DNA of 64,000 nt from Candidatus Krumholzibacteriota bacterium. GTDB taxonomy: Bacteria > Krumholzibacteriota > Krumholzibacteriia > JACNKJ01. The notes beneath the pieces are model-generated. The model saw nothing but the letters and a program-made list of their open reading frames with translations. It ran no database searches and was not told the DNA's origin. The DNA lies in NCBI GenBank assembly GCA_016933175.1, contig JAFGBK010000107.1:958-64957 (forward strand), read 5' to 3'. This document shows positions 53,720 through 63,836 of the stretch, piece after piece; position 1 is the first letter of the stretch; the number at the start of each line of letters is the position of its first letter. A program made the translations under genes and the position numbers.

Positions 53720-54441
53720 GGGGGCGGGCTCGCGGCGCGAGCCGCCAGCGCGCCCTGGGGCACGCGGCGCAGGGCCTCCAGGTAGCCCCGGAAGAGGCGG
53801 CGGGTCGCCGCGTCGCAGCCGGGGGCGGGCCAGTGGGGCCGCGCGGGATCCACGAGCTGGCCGCGGGTCAGGCGCCCCCAGATGCCCATGATCCGCCGTT
53901 GGGGCGGCGGCGGCCGGTCCAGGCCCACCAGGAAGAGGGGATCGTCGGCGAGCGCGCGAGGATCGCGGCAGGCCTCTTCGCGGACGGGATCCTGGAGATA
54001 GAGCCACAGGCCGCGGCGCCCCGCCGGTGGCGCCGCCTCGATGCGCCAGCGCAGTCCCTGGCGCGGGCTCCACGCGGCCGTGCGGCTGCGTGGCAGGAGC
54101 GTCAGGCCCGGACGGGGTTCGAGGCAGGCGGGCGCCTCGCCGCCATCCAGGACCACGCCGAGATCGCAGGGGCCGGCGCCCAGGAGGCGGGCGGCCAGGG
54201 GCAGGCACGCATCGGGCAGCACTGCCAGGACCGCCTCGCCCTCCTCGCTGGCGACCAGGGCCAGGTTGAGGGCCAGGGGCAGGATCCAGGGAGAGCCGGC
54301 CGTTCCGGAGACGAGCACCTCGTGGAAGGAGAGGGGCCTGGGGGCACGGTCGGGATCCACGGACAGGCGCGAGCCGCTCAGGAAGTGGTGCCGGATGCTG
54401 CGGATGTGGTTCCGGCGGCCGGGGCCCTGGACAACGGCCAT
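53716..54441 (-). CDS. Hypothetical protein with a degenerate MinD/ParA-like N-terminal segment
   Basis: VLVSGTAGSP.ILPLALNLALVASEEGEAVLAV resembles the strand-P-loop-helix of ParA/MinD without the Walker A lysines. Confidence 0.5.
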   Translation of the reverse strand: MAVVQGPGRRNHIRSIRHHFLSGSRLSVDPDRAPRPLSFHEVLVSGTAGSPWILPLALNLALVASEEGEAVLAVLPDACLPLAARLLGAGPCDLGVVLDGGEAPACLEPRPGLTLLPRSRTAAWSPRQGLRWRIEAAPPAGRRGLWLYLQDPVREEACRDPRALADDPLFLVGLDRPPPPQRRIMGIWGRLTRGQLVDPARPHWPAPGCDAATRRLFRGYLEALRRVPQGALAARAASPPP

Positions 54442-54450
54442 GACCGACTC

Positions 54451-55530
54451 CTAGCTGACGACGAGCAGGGAGTTCTCCAGCCCCATCTCGGTGACCACCG
54501 AGTCGTGCTGCTCGGGATCAGTGACCCAGCGGCCGTCGAGGATGTAGCGATACTCGTAGTTGCCGGACGGCAGGGCCAGGACCACCTCCCAGCGGCCCGG
54601 CTGGCCCGCCACGGGTTCCAGGGGGATGCCGCCGGGATTCCAGTTGTTGAAGCTGCCCGTCAGGTAGACCTCGCGCGCCTCGGAGGCCTCGACGCTGAAG
54701 CGGATGCCGCCCTCGCAGGGCTGCGGTCCGAAGAGCCGCTCCGCCACCTCCTCCGTGCGCTCGATGATCAGCTCGGCCAGGCGGCTCCACAGCTCCTCGG
54801 CCAGCTGCTCGAAGTCCAGCTTGACGAGCCCGGCCTTGGTCAGGCGCAGGACGGGCACGCCGGCCGCCGCAGCCATCTTCACGCGCACGCTGGCGCGGAT
54901 CTTGGTCTCCAGGAGGTGAATGCGGTCGTGGGCGGCGAGCTTCCGGTAGAGCTCGCGGCTGAAGAGGGTGCGCCGGCTGAACTGGTTGGCGGCCACGAAG
55001 CAGGGCGGGCGCCGGTCCATCTCCTCCTCGAGGACTTCCAGGGTCTCGAGGATCTTGCCCAGTCCGTGAAGCGTGAAGGTGGAGCTGTCGACGGGCACCA
55101 GCAGCGCGTCGGCGGCCACGAGGGCGTTGAAGGTGAGCAGGCCCACCGAGGGCGGCGTGTCCACGACGATCCAGTCGTAGGCCTCGCCGTGGCGCAGGAG
55201 GGCGGAGATGAGGCGGCTCTCCCGCCCGGGCTGGCGCGCCAGCTCCTGTTCGGCGGCCGAGAGGATGATGCCGCTGGGAACGAGGTCCAGGTTGCGCTCG
55301 ATGCGCACGGCGATGTCCGCGAAGGGCGCGGCGGGATCCTGAAGGAGATCGTAGGCGCCCAGGTCGCGGTCCTCGGCCGAAACGCCGAGCCCGAGGGACG
55401 CGTGGCCCTGCGGGTCGAGATCCACGAGCAGCACACGGAAGCCTTCCTTGGCCCAGGCCGCCGCGAGGTGGATCGCCAACGTGGTCTTGCCGCAGCCGCC
55501 CTTCTGGTTCACTACCGCCAGGACCTTCAT
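54451..55530 (-). CDS. ParA/Soj family ATPase fused to a C-terminal glycogen-binding CBM48 (AMPK-beta-like) domain
   Basis: NQKGGCGKTT, VDLDPQGHAS and DTPPSVG motifs; C-terminal VYLTGSFNNW...LPSGNYEYRYILDGRW.TDP...NSLL. Confidence 0.9.
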   Translation of the reverse strand: MKVLAVVNQKGGCGKTTLAIHLAAAWAKEGFRVLLVDLDPQGHASLGLGVSAEDRDLGAYDLLQDPAAPFADIAVRIERNLDLVPSGIILSAAEQELARQPGRESRLISALLRHGEAYDWIVVDTPPSVGLLTFNALVAADALLVPVDSSTFTLHGLGKILETLEVLEEEMDRRPPCFVAANQFSRRTLFSRELYRKLAAHDRIHLLETKIRASVRVKMAAAAGVPVLRLTKAGLVKLDFEQLAEELWSRLAELIIERTEEVAERLFGPQPCEGGIRFSVEASEAREVYLTGSFNNWNPGGIPLEPVAGQPGRWEVVLALPSGNYEYRYILDGRWVTDPEQHDSVVTEMGLENSLLVVS

Positions 55531-55666
55531 CTCCCACCTCCTGAACGGGTCCGCGCTAGCGCCCGGGGCATCGGCTGCGGCGACGCCGGGGCCGCGCCCC
55601 GCCAGCCGCATGGTCCCCCAGAGATCGGAAGAGCGTCAAGGATTATTCAGGTGGATTGGGCGTCGC

Positions 55667-56101
55667 TCATCCGGAACGGCGCACCATGAGCAGGGACACG
55701 GCCGCGCCGAGAATCGCGCCCATGAAGACCTCGCTCCAGGTGTGGCCCAGCAGCTCGCGCGTGCGCTCGCGCGGGAAGTGCCGGTGGTCGATGAGCTCGT
55801 CGATGATCTCGTTGAGCACGCGGGCCTGCTTGCCCACCTCCTGCCTGAGACCCGTCGCCTCGAGCACGAAGTAGAGGCCGAAGACGAAACAGATGGCGAA
55901 CAGCGGCGAGGCCAGCCCCTCGGCCCGGCAGGCTCCCACCGCCAGCGCGCTGACCGTGGCCGTGTGGCTGCTGGGCATGCCGCCCGTCTCGAAGAGGCGG
56001 TAGAGCTTGAGGCGCCGCTCGCGCAGGCTCTCGACCACCACCTTGTAGAGCTGCGCGGCCATGGCGCTGATCACGGCGGCCCAGAGGATGGGGTGGATCA
56101 T
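55667..56101 (-). CDS. Divergent PAP2 / DUF212 family membrane protein
   Basis: AQ..K, GGMPSSH(T)A.V, A.GLR..VG.QA..LN and LGHT..EV..GA.LG motifs. Confidence 0.92.
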   Translation of the reverse strand: MIHPILWAAVISAMAAQLYKVVVESLRERRLKLYRLFETGGMPSSHTATVSALAVGACRAEGLASPLFAICFVFGLYFVLEATGLRQEVGKQARVLNEIIDELIDHRHFPRERTRELLGHTWSEVFMGAILGAAVSLLMVRRSG

Positions 56102-57357
56102 GGCGACTCCTCGACGCCGCGTCCCCTGAGGCGGCGCGTGATATCGAACCAGCCTACCACGGCGAAGAGAAGAAGCAAGGGCTCGATCTCCCAGCGGAAG
56201 CGGCTGCGCACGAAGTACGCCCCGTAGAGCAGCGTGTACTCGGCCAGGAGGAAGTAGACGGGGAAGAGCCGCCGCCAGCGCCGCCGCCAGAAGAGGGCGC
56301 CGGCCGCCGCGAAGGGCAGGAGGAAGCCGTAGAGGGCCTGGTAGGCGCGACTCCAGGCGCCGGGATAGCCGAAGCGCGCCACATCCTGGCACCACCAGAA
56401 GTAGTAGACCTTCTTGAAAAAGAGCGCGAGGTAGCGCCCCGGCTCCTCGCGGACGTAGGACAGGGCGCGCCCGTAGAACCAGTACTCCAGGCGCGGCTCG
56501 GGCAGCCGCCGCAGGGCCTCCGGATCGACCACCTGCCAGAAGGTGTCCTCCCGCAGGTCGCCCCAGGTGTAGCCACCGGCCAGGGGATTGTTGCCCACGA
56601 GGAAGTTGAAGCCGCCATTGGTGCTGGTCAGCAGGATGTCCCGGTGCACGACGGCGTTGCGGATCACCCACGGACTCCACACCACGCCCAGGGTCAGCAG
56701 GTAGACGAGGGTGCGCCGCCACCGCCCGGGATCGGGATTGCGCCAGAGGCGGAAGAGGAACAGGACGCCCAGGAGGGCCAGAGGCGGCGAGGTGAGGATG
56801 GCCAGGGCGTGGACGGCGCCGGTGAGAAGGCCCAGGCGCAGCGAGGGCAGCTCGCGGAAGCGGTCCATGAGCCCCATGAGCGCCAGCACGAAGCTCATGA
56901 TGAAGGTGGTCGAGAAGATGGACAGGCAGTAGACCACGAAGACCGGGTAGGCCAGTACGGCGAGGAAGGTCCAGCGCATGACGCGGCGCCCGAACCAGCG
57001 TCCCGCCAGGTCGGCGGCCAGGACGGCGTTGAGCAGTGAGGCCGCGACCTGCAGGACGCGCAGCCCGGCGACCCAGTGGGGCGTGGCCATCTTGAACAGG
57101 GCCATCAGAATCGGGTACAGGGGCGGGATGAAGCTGCGCACGGGCACGTCGGAGAAGTAGAAGGGCATCCAGTAGCCGCGGCCCGCCGCGAGGTTGTCGG
57201 AGATGACCCCCGATTCGAAGCCGTGGACGGGCAGCTTGTCGCCGAGGATCGCCCAGGCGGCCGCGCGCAGCAGCAGGCCGGCGGCCAGCCCGATCCAGAC
57301 AAGGCGCGGGCCGAGGTCGCGCCAGCCGGCGGGTCTGATGCGCGGCAGATCCTTCAT
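56098..57357 (-). CDS. GT-C (ArnT/PMT, family 39-like) membrane glycosyltransferase
   Basis: Multi-TM; PPLYP, PWVIRN...NGG.N...GNN and RFR..IEP motifs; ATG at 57357. Confidence 0.8.
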   Translation of the reverse strand: MKDLPRIRPAGWRDLGPRLVWIGLAAGLLLRAAAWAILGDKLPVHGFESGVISDNLAAGRGYWMPFYFSDVPVRSFIPPLYPILMALFKMATPHWVAGLRVLQVAASLLNAVLAADLAGRWFGRRVMRWTFLAVLAYPVFVVYCLSIFSTTFIMSFVLALMGLMDRFRELPSLRLGLLTGAVHALAILTSPPLALLGVLFLFRLWRNPDPGRWRRTLVYLLTLGVVWSPWVIRNAVVHRDILLTSTNGGFNFLVGNNPLAGGYTWGDLREDTFWQVVDPEALRRLPEPRLEYWFYGRALSYVREEPGRYLALFFKKVYYFWWCQDVARFGYPGAWSRAYQALYGFLLPFAAAGALFWRRRWRRLFPVYFLLAEYTLLYGAYFVRSRFRWEIEPLLLLFAVVGWFDITRRLRGRGVEESP

Positions 57358-57857
57358 GTGCCTGCGAGGATGCGGCGCAGCGCCGCCTCGGCCTCGGCCG
57401 GTGTGGCCACGGGCGTGAGGACGTCGCGCCGCCGGTCGTCGATGGCCGTGCCAGCCAGCCGCTCGCTCCAGCCGCCGAGGCCCGTCACGGCCAGCACCGG
57501 CTTGCCGTAGCTCCAGGCGTAGGCGATCTCCGTGAGGGTCCCGGCCCGGCCGCCGATGGCCACCACGGCGTCGCCGGCCAGCGCCGTCAGGCTGTTGCGC
57601 GTCCAGCCCATGCCCGTGGGCACCAGGAAGTGGCAGTAGGGATTGCCGGCGCTGTCGTCGGCCGTGGGCAGGATGCCCAGCACGAGGCCGCCCGCCTCGC
57701 GGCAGCCGCGGCTGGCGGCCTCCATGACACCCTGCCGGCCGCCGGAGACCAGGGCCCAGCCGGCGCCGCCGATGCGCCGGCCCAGCTCCTCGGCGAAGAC
57801 CAGGGCCGCCGGCCCCGCGTCCGCGTCGCCGATGATGGCCACCTGCTTCTGCCGCAC
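57354..57857 (-). CDS. LOG/SMF-like Rossmann protein (TIGR00725-type)
   Basis: LVSGG.QGVMEAASRG, GILP, TGMG..RN and GG.AGTL.EIA motifs; GTG at 57857. Confidence 0.88.
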   Translation of the reverse strand: MRQKQVAIIGDADAGPAALVFAEELGRRIGGAGWALVSGGRQGVMEAASRGCREAGGLVLGILPTADDSAGNPYCHFLVPTGMGWTRNSLTALAGDAVVAIGGRAGTLTEIAYAWSYGKPVLAVTGLGGWSERLAGTAIDDRRRDVLTPVATPAEAEAALRRILAGT

Positions 57858-57871
57858 GCCGTCTCCTTCCG

Positions 57872-58918
57872 TCAGGCCGGACGCGGCCGCACCCCCAGGC
57901 CGGGGCCGGCCGGCGGGCGCAGGCCCTCCGGCGCGTCGCGCATGCCCTCGTAGGGATCGCGGTCCACGAGGAGGAAGCCATCCAGGTCCGCCCAGCGCGC
58001 CAGGGACAGCAGCTGCGCCCCCTGGCTGATGCCCAGCCCGCTCTCGATCATGCAGCCGATCATCAGGTCCAGGCCGCCCTCGCGCGCCTTCTCGGCCACG
58101 GCCAGGCTGCGCGCGATGCCGCCGTGCTTGGCGATCTTCAGGTTCACGCCGTCGGCGTACTCGCCGAAGATGTCCACGTCGTGGGGCTCGCGCACGCTCT
58201 CGTCGAGGACCACGGGCAGCGGCGCCCGCCCCGCGATGGCGCGGTAGCCGGCCAGGTCGCGTCCGGCCAGGGGCTGCTCGACGAACTCCACGCCCGCCAT
58301 GGCGAGGCGCTCCATCTTGGCCAGGGCCTCGCGCGCCGTCCAGGCTCCGTTGGCGTCCACGCGGATCGCGACCTCTCCGCCCAGCTCGCGGACCACGCGC
58401 TCGACGACCGCCAGGTCCCCCTCGCCGCCGGCCTTGAGCTTGAGGATGCGCCGGCCCGCGGCCGCGGCCGCGGCGGCGCGCTCGACCATGGCGTCCGGCG
58501 CGGCGATGGCGATGGTGAAGGAGGTGGCGACGGGCGCCGCCTCGTCCAGGCCCAGCAGGCGCCAGACGGGCTCGCCGCGCCGGCGTCCCAGCAGATCCCA
58601 GAGAGCCCCGTCCAGGGCGGCCTTGGCGGCGGGATTGCGGCCCAGGGCGGCGTCGGCGGCGTCCAGGACGGCGTGGACGTCCTCCACGTCCAGGGCGGAC
58701 AGGTCGATCTCGGGCAGCTCGCGCGCCAGGTGGTCCAGGGCGGCGCGGGCTGTGGCGCGCGTCTCGCCGTAGTAGGCCGAGGGATGGGCCTCCCCCTCGC
58801 CGGCCAGGCCGCCGGCCTCCAGGCGCAGCACGATGTTCTCGAAGACGCTGCCGCCGCCCCGCGCGATGACGAAGGGATGGGTGGTGACCAGATCCAGGTC
58901 CCGGACGGAGAACCTCAT
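57872..58918 (-). CDS. Dipeptide epimerase / N-acyl amino acid racemase (enolase superfamily, DgcA/AEE-like)
   Basis: KLK, DAN, EQP, DES and NLKIAK.GG motifs, plus IGCM.ES and DLDG. Confidence 0.9.
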   Translation of the reverse strand: MRFSVRDLDLVTTHPFVIARGGGSVFENIVLRLEAGGLAGEGEAHPSAYYGETRATARAALDHLARELPEIDLSALDVEDVHAVLDAADAALGRNPAAKAALDGALWDLLGRRRGEPVWRLLGLDEAAPVATSFTIAIAAPDAMVERAAAAAAAGRRILKLKAGGEGDLAVVERVVRELGGEVAIRVDANGAWTAREALAKMERLAMAGVEFVEQPLAGRDLAGYRAIAGRAPLPVVLDESVREPHDVDIFGEYADGVNLKIAKHGGIARSLAVAEKAREGGLDLMIGCMIESGLGISQGAQLLSLARWADLDGFLLVDRDPYEGMRDAPEGLRPPAGPGLGVRPRPA

Positions 58919-59985
58919 GCCCCACCTTCCCGCACATCCGCGAGGGCGTCAAGGGCCGCCGCCAGGGGCTCGGCGCCGAAGCGCAGGGGATCGGCGACGG
59001 GAAGTCCGATCTCGTAAGCAGCGTTCTTGCAGGCAGTCAGTGCCGTTTCTTCATCCAGCTTCTCGGTTCTCAGGGCCATGCCCACCACCGGCGCGGGATG
59101 CAGCCAGGCGGCGGCGGCCTCGATCCAGCGGCGCTGCTCGTCGGGCCCGGGCAGGGGCCAGGCATCCGTGTGGCTGGTCACCGCCCGGCCGGCCTCGTGG
59201 CACAGGAGCACCGCGTCGGGCCAGGCGCCGTGGAGCAGGCCCAGGGTCACTCCCGAGAAGGCGGGGTGGACCAGACTCCCCTGCCCCTCCACGACGATCC
59301 ATTCGGCGGCGGGCTGCTCGGCGTCGACTCGCGCGATCTCGGCCTGGACGGCGCCGGCCACGAAGTCCGCCGGCAGGGCGTCCACGCAGATGCCCCCGCC
59401 GGCCAGGAGGACGCCCGTCTGCCCCGTGGCCACGAAGTGTGCCCGGCGGCCGCGCGCGGCCAGGGCCCGGACCAGGAGCAGGCTCGCCGTCATCTTGCCC
59501 ACGTTGCAGTCGGTGCCCACGGTGAGCAGGACGCGGGCGCGCCGCGCGGGATGGGGATGCGCGATGTCCAGGCGCCGCGGCGGGCGGCGCAGATCCCAGA
59601 GGCGACAGCCGCGGGCCGCGGCCGCCGCCGCCCAGCGGGGCTCGTCGCCCAGGAAGCGGTGCAGGCCGCTGGCCACGTTCAGCCCCGCCGCCAGGGCCTC
59701 GTCCAGGAAGGGCTCGAACTCCGGCGGCAGGGCGCCGCCGGCCGGGGAGATGCCCACCAGGAGCGCGTCGGGCGCCAGGGGCAGGGCCTCCGCCACGCTC
59801 GCGACGATGGGCGTGGCGCCGCCGAAACCCAGCGCCTCGCCGCAGGCGCGGCCGGCCAGCTCGGGTTCGATGACGGCCGCGGCCCGCTCGGGCTGGAAGC
59901 GCAGCACCCCCACGGCCGTCTTGGCGTGGCCGCGGGCCAGCCAGCCGTGCGTGAGCAGGAGGAGGCGGCCGAAGCCATCGCTCAC
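58915..59985 (-). CDS. DUF1611 family protein (DgcN-like)
   Basis: HAKTAVG, N(V)[36 protein letters not shown] and LLHG..PD motifs; GTG at 59985. Confidence 0.92.
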   Translation of the reverse strand: MSDGFGRLLLLTHGWLARGHAKTAVGVLRFQPERAAAVIEPELAGRACGEALGFGGATPIVASVAEALPLAPDALLVGISPAGGALPPEFEPFLDEALAAGLNVASGLHRFLGDEPRWAAAAAARGCRLWDLRRPPRRLDIAHPHPARRARVLLTVGTDCNVGKMTASLLLVRALAARGRRAHFVATGQTGVLLAGGGICVDALPADFVAGAVQAEIARVDAEQPAAEWIVVEGQGSLVHPAFSGVTLGLLHGAWPDAVLLCHEAGRAVTSHTDAWPLPGPDEQRRWIEAAAAWLHPAPVVGMALRTEKLDEETALTACKNAAYEIGLPVADPLRFGAEPLAAALDALADVREGGA

Positions 59986-62030
59986 GGCGCGATCTCCCGG
60001 CGGAAGTAGCTCCAGTTCCCGAACTCGTCGCAGGCCCGCAGCTCGAGGACGCCGCCCGTGGACGCGGCGAGGCGCAGGTCCAGCGCCAGCTCCGGGCGGT
60101 CCATGAGGCCGTCGGCGCCGGCCAGGGGCAGCCACTGCTCCCCGTCCGCGCGATGCTCCAGCCGCGCCACGATGCCGCCCCCCGCGTCGCGGACCTTGCC
60201 GCGCAGGCGCAGGCGGCCGTCCTTCTCGCGGTCCACGTCCAGATCGAAGGCCGGCGCGCTGCTGTCCAGGCGCAGCGGCTCGCTGACGGCCGCCATGCGG
60301 CGGATCTCGCCCGGCACGTTGACCAGGGCGTCGTCCACGGTGACGCGCAGGCGGTAGCGGCCGTCGGGCAGGCCCCGCGTGTCCCAGGTCCAGCGGCTGG
60401 CCTGCCAGCCCTCGGCCAGGACCTGCCAGGCGTCCTCGCCCTCCCGGCGCAGCTCGATGCGTGCCTGGAGCTGGTCGCCGTCGGGATCCACCCAGTCCCA
60501 GCTCACCTGGCGCAGGCCCGCCAGATGGCGGGCCGCCGTCTCGTCGGCGGGCAGGGGGCCGTTCTTGTCCTGGTACTGGACCCGCACGCCGCGCTCGAGC
60601 ACCTGCGTGACGGGCCGACCCATGAGATCGATGCCCTCGTCGAAGGGTCCCTCGGCGGGGCGCAGCACGCTGAGGTTGCCCAGCAGCGGCGAGCGGTTCA
60701 GCGGCAGGAAGCTGGCCGTGAAGCGGCCCAGGCGCGGCGTGGCGTCGCCGCGGCCCGACAGGGTCGCCCGCCACTGGAAGTAGCGCGCGGCGGGCAGGTC
60801 CATGCGGAAGGCGCCGTCCTCGCGGCGGCAGGGAGCCCATTCCGTCCAGCCGGGCCCTGGCTCGGCGCCCTGTCCGGCCCGCGCTTCCACGGTCACGGCG
60901 CAGCCTTGCGGGATGTCGCCCTCCACGCGGACGGCGCCGGCATGGGCGCGGCTGGTCAGGTCGAGCACCTCGCTGGTCAGGGTGCCCTCGCGGGCGCGGC
61001 CGGCGATGCGCAGGAGACGCGCCGGCTTGGACTGGAGCAGCCACAGGGCCTCGCCGTCCCAATGCAGGTCGCTGTAGAAGACGGGCGGATCGGCGCCCAG
61101 GACCTCGCCGCGGTACAGGTCCGTGAGCAGGTCCAGCTCGGCGGGATCGCCCGTGGCCACCCAGACGCCCGACGGCGCCCGCACGAGATCGCCCAGGTAG
61201 CCGGAGTCCGAGCTGAGCATCTTCTCCAGGCGCCCCTCCGCGTCGAGGCGGTAGACGGCCCCGCAGTTCTCCGTGCACTCGCCGCCGCGGGCGACGGCCA
61301 GGGTGAGGGTTCCGTCCAGCGCGGGCAGGATGCCCTGGATCTCCTCGGCGTCGAAGTCGGCCAGGAGCACGTGGCGTCCCTCCTCGGGAAGGCGGTAGAG
61401 CAGGCCCTTGCCGCTGGTGCCGGCCAGCAGCCGGCCCTCGGCGTCCACGGCCAGGCTGAGGACGTTCTGGTCCGGCAGGTCGGCGAAGCGGTCCGTGACG
61501 CCGCGGGCCAGGTCGTGGCGGTAGATCCAGCCGTCGCCGCCCGTGCCGATCCAGAGCACGCCGCCCTTGACCAGGAGGCTCCAGACGAAGGCCTCGCCCG
61601 TGTCCAGCAGGGGCGTGACGCCGGCCTCCGTCACCTCCCAGATCTCCCCGCCGGGTCCGGCGGCCGCCACCCAGCGGCCGGGGCCCACCGCGGCCACGGC
61701 GCTGAAGAAGCGGTCCTCGGAGGCGCGGAGGAGGCGGTGGCGGCCGCTCGCCTTCTCGAAGAGGATGAGCTTGTTGGGTCCGCCGCTGGCGGCGACGAGC
61801 AGTCGCTCGCCGTCATCGGCCATGCCGGAGAAGACGGGCGCCTCGTCGGCCAGCTTCTCCTCCCAGTGCGGGCCGAGGTGCCAGGTGCCGTCGTCCTGCA
61901 GGACCAGGTCCCGGAAGGAGAAGGCCGAGTAGTCCTCCAGGCGGGCGTAGGTGTAGTGCTCGGTCTCCACGGCCCCGGCGGCGGTCGCCAGGAGCAGGAC
62001 CAGGGCGGCGAGCAGCGGTCGGGTCGTCAT
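59982..62030 (-). CDS. Exported beta-propeller plus beta-sandwich/FN3-like protein
   Basis: Signal peptide; WD40/NHL-like repeats (L..GT.G.G.IYR); W.W.DPDGD.L and WDT..LPDG.Y.LRV...D...N motifs. Confidence 0.7.
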   Translation of the reverse strand: MTTRPLLAALVLLLATAAGAVETEHYTYARLEDYSAFSFRDLVLQDDGTWHLGPHWEEKLADEAPVFSGMADDGERLLVAASGGPNKLILFEKASGRHRLLRASEDRFFSAVAAVGPGRWVAAAGPGGEIWEVTEAGVTPLLDTGEAFVWSLLVKGGVLWIGTGGDGWIYRHDLARGVTDRFADLPDQNVLSLAVDAEGRLLAGTSGKGLLYRLPEEGRHVLLADFDAEEIQGILPALDGTLTLAVARGGECTENCGAVYRLDAEGRLEKMLSSDSGYLGDLVRAPSGVWVATGDPAELDLLTDLYRGEVLGADPPVFYSDLHWDGEALWLLQSKPARLLRIAGRAREGTLTSEVLDLTSRAHAGAVRVEGDIPQGCAVTVEARAGQGAEPGPGWTEWAPCRREDGAFRMDLPAARYFQWRATLSGRGDATPRLGRFTASFLPLNRSPLLGNLSVLRPAEGPFDEGIDLMGRPVTQVLERGVRVQYQDKNGPLPADETAARHLAGLRQVSWDWVDPDGDQLQARIELRREGEDAWQVLAEGWQASRWTWDTRGLPDGRYRLRVTVDDALVNVPGEIRRMAAVSEPLRLDSSAPAFDLDVDREKDGRLRLRGKVRDAGGGIVARLEHRADGEQWLPLAGADGLMDRPELALDLRLAASTGGVLELRACDEFGNWSYFRREIAP

Positions 62031-63790
62031 GGCGCGCTCCTCCGGGGCGTTTCGAGAACAATGACGGGCAGGGCGAGGTGGCCGCGCGCCTCGCCGTCGG
62101 CGACGCGGGTCTCGCGACGGACCAGGCGGCGGGGCGCGCCCTGGCCCTCGGTGCCGGCGGCCGGCGGCAGCAGGCGCTCCCAGGCGGCGGGCAGGCGAAG
62201 CTCCCGGCCGCCCAGGACGCGGTCGCGCCCCGGCGTCTCCAGCCAGAGGACCCAGCGGTCGCGGCGCTCGAGGTGCGCGAGGACGTCCAGGAGTCGCTCG
62301 TGCCCGTCGAAGCGGTAGAGCTCGGGCTGGCGCTTGGCGTTCCAGATGTCGAAGTCGCGGCCGCCGGCCAGGTGCAGGTGGTAGTCGCCGGCCGGCAGGC
62401 CGCGGCTGGGCAGGCGCCAGGCGAGGTTGGCGATCTCGTCGCGGTGGCGCAGGCGGACGCGCAGGGTCCAGTCCTCGCCCATGCGCACGGCGTCGCGGTC
62501 CAGGGTCAGGCTCTCGAGGATCACCGGCGCGCCGCCGGGGTCCCAGCGCACGGTGAGGGCCAGCGAATCCAGGGGCAGGGATCCGGCGGGGTTGCGCTGG
62601 AGCAGGTCCACCACGTCCTCCAGCCACAGGGCCGGCGCCGTGAGCACCTCCTCGCCGGCGAGGCCGTCTTCCACGAGAACGGCCTCGCGACCAGTCGGAT
62701 GCAGGCGCAGGGACAGCTCCACGCGGCCCTCCTGGCTAGTGCCGAGGGCGCCGCGCAGCCAGCCCTGAACGGCCAGGCGCGAGACCAGGGCCGTGAGCCA
62801 GCGGTGCCGCACCATGGCGAAGCGCGCCGTGCGCGGCTCCCCGGCGCCCTCCAGCCGCACGGTCAGGGGCAGCAGGTCCGGCGCGCGGCCCAGGCGCCCG
62901 TAGAGGCCGGCCCGCTCGTCGCGGAGCCAGGTGCCCAGCGGCCGGGTCACGGTGGCCAGCTTGAACGACGAGCTCAGGCTGGGAACGATCCCGTGGACCC
63001 GCGCGGCGGCCAGGGGCAGCTCCGTGGGCCCCTCTTCCAGGAAGGGATGCCCCATGGCCCAGACCTCGCCGCCGGCCACGTGGCTCACGGTGCCGAAGGC
63101 GGCCGCGCTCACGGGGCCGCGGAGCAGTTCGATGGCGACGGCCGCGCCGGGGCGCAGCGCCTCTCCGGCATCCGCGCCGCCGCCCGCGCTTCCCACTCCT
63201 CCGGCGTCCGCCGCGCCACCTCCCGTGACGCCCATGGGCATCAGGCTCAGGCCGCGCGGCTGCAGGTCCCGTTCCAGACGCGCGAGGGCGGCGGGATCGA
63301 GTCCCCCGACGGCCAGCGGCAGGCCGGGCGCCGGCGCCGCGGCGCGCTCCCCTTCGCCGAGGAGGAAGGCCGGACGGTCGAGCCCGCCGGGTCCCTCGGC
63401 GCGGCCGCCCGCGCCCCCCACCGCCAGGAGGGCGGCGGCGGGCGTAAGAAGGGCCATGGGCTCCCGGGCAAAGCCGAAGGTGAAGGCGAGGGCCCCGGCG
63501 AAGCGTCCGTCCACGTAGACGGGGCTGCCGCTCATGCCCTGGCTGATGCCGGCGCGCTCGAGCTCGTCGCCGCCGCCGCGCACCATGATCAGGTCGTAGG
63601 TCTCGTAGCCGGGCAGGCGGTCGATGATCGTCACGGGGAAGGCGGCGATGCTGTCGCCGCGAAACACCGTGTAGCCGGTGCCCGCGACGCCGGGCCGGAG
63701 GGCGTCGAGGGGAAAGACGGCCGCCGGCTCGGCGGTGGCCGCGCCGGGCAGCAGGACGAGCAGGCCCAGCAGGGCGATCGATCGAAGCAT
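62027..63790 (-). CDS. SpoIVB-like S55 serine peptidase, circularly permuted
   Basis: Signal peptide; GISQGMSGSPVY near the N-terminus; SAAAFGTVS...WAMGHPF later; ATG at 63790. Confidence 0.88.
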   Translation of the reverse strand: MLRSIALLGLLVLLPGAATAEPAAVFPLDALRPGVAGTGYTVFRGDSIAAFPVTIIDRLPGYETYDLIMVRGGGDELERAGISQGMSGSPVYVDGRFAGALAFTFGFAREPMALLTPAAALLAVGGAGGRAEGPGGLDRPAFLLGEGERAAAPAPGLPLAVGGLDPAALARLERDLQPRGLSLMPMGVTGGGAADAGGVGSAGGGADAGEALRPGAAVAIELLRGPVSAAAFGTVSHVAGGEVWAMGHPFLEEGPTELPLAAARVHGIVPSLSSSFKLATVTRPLGTWLRDERAGLYGRLGRAPDLLPLTVRLEGAGEPRTARFAMVRHRWLTALVSRLAVQGWLRGALGTSQEGRVELSLRLHPTGREAVLVEDGLAGEEVLTAPALWLEDVVDLLQRNPAGSLPLDSLALTVRWDPGGAPVILESLTLDRDAVRMGEDWTLRVRLRHRDEIANLAWRLPSRGLPAGDYHLHLAGGRDFDIWNAKRQPELYRFDGHERLLDVLAHLERRDRWVLWLETPGRDRVLGGRELRLPAAWERLLPPAAGTEGQGAPRRLVRRETRVADGEARGHLALPVIVLETPRRSAP

Positions 63791-63836
63791 GGTCCTTCCT
63801 CGGGTCAGGTGGAGCGGCGGCCGAGCGGGTCTCGTC

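Noticed and set aside
62027-63790. SpoIVB homolog as evidence for sporulation
   Set aside because: No other sporulation genes are present, and the window encodes outer-membrane barrels and TonB systems typical of a diderm.
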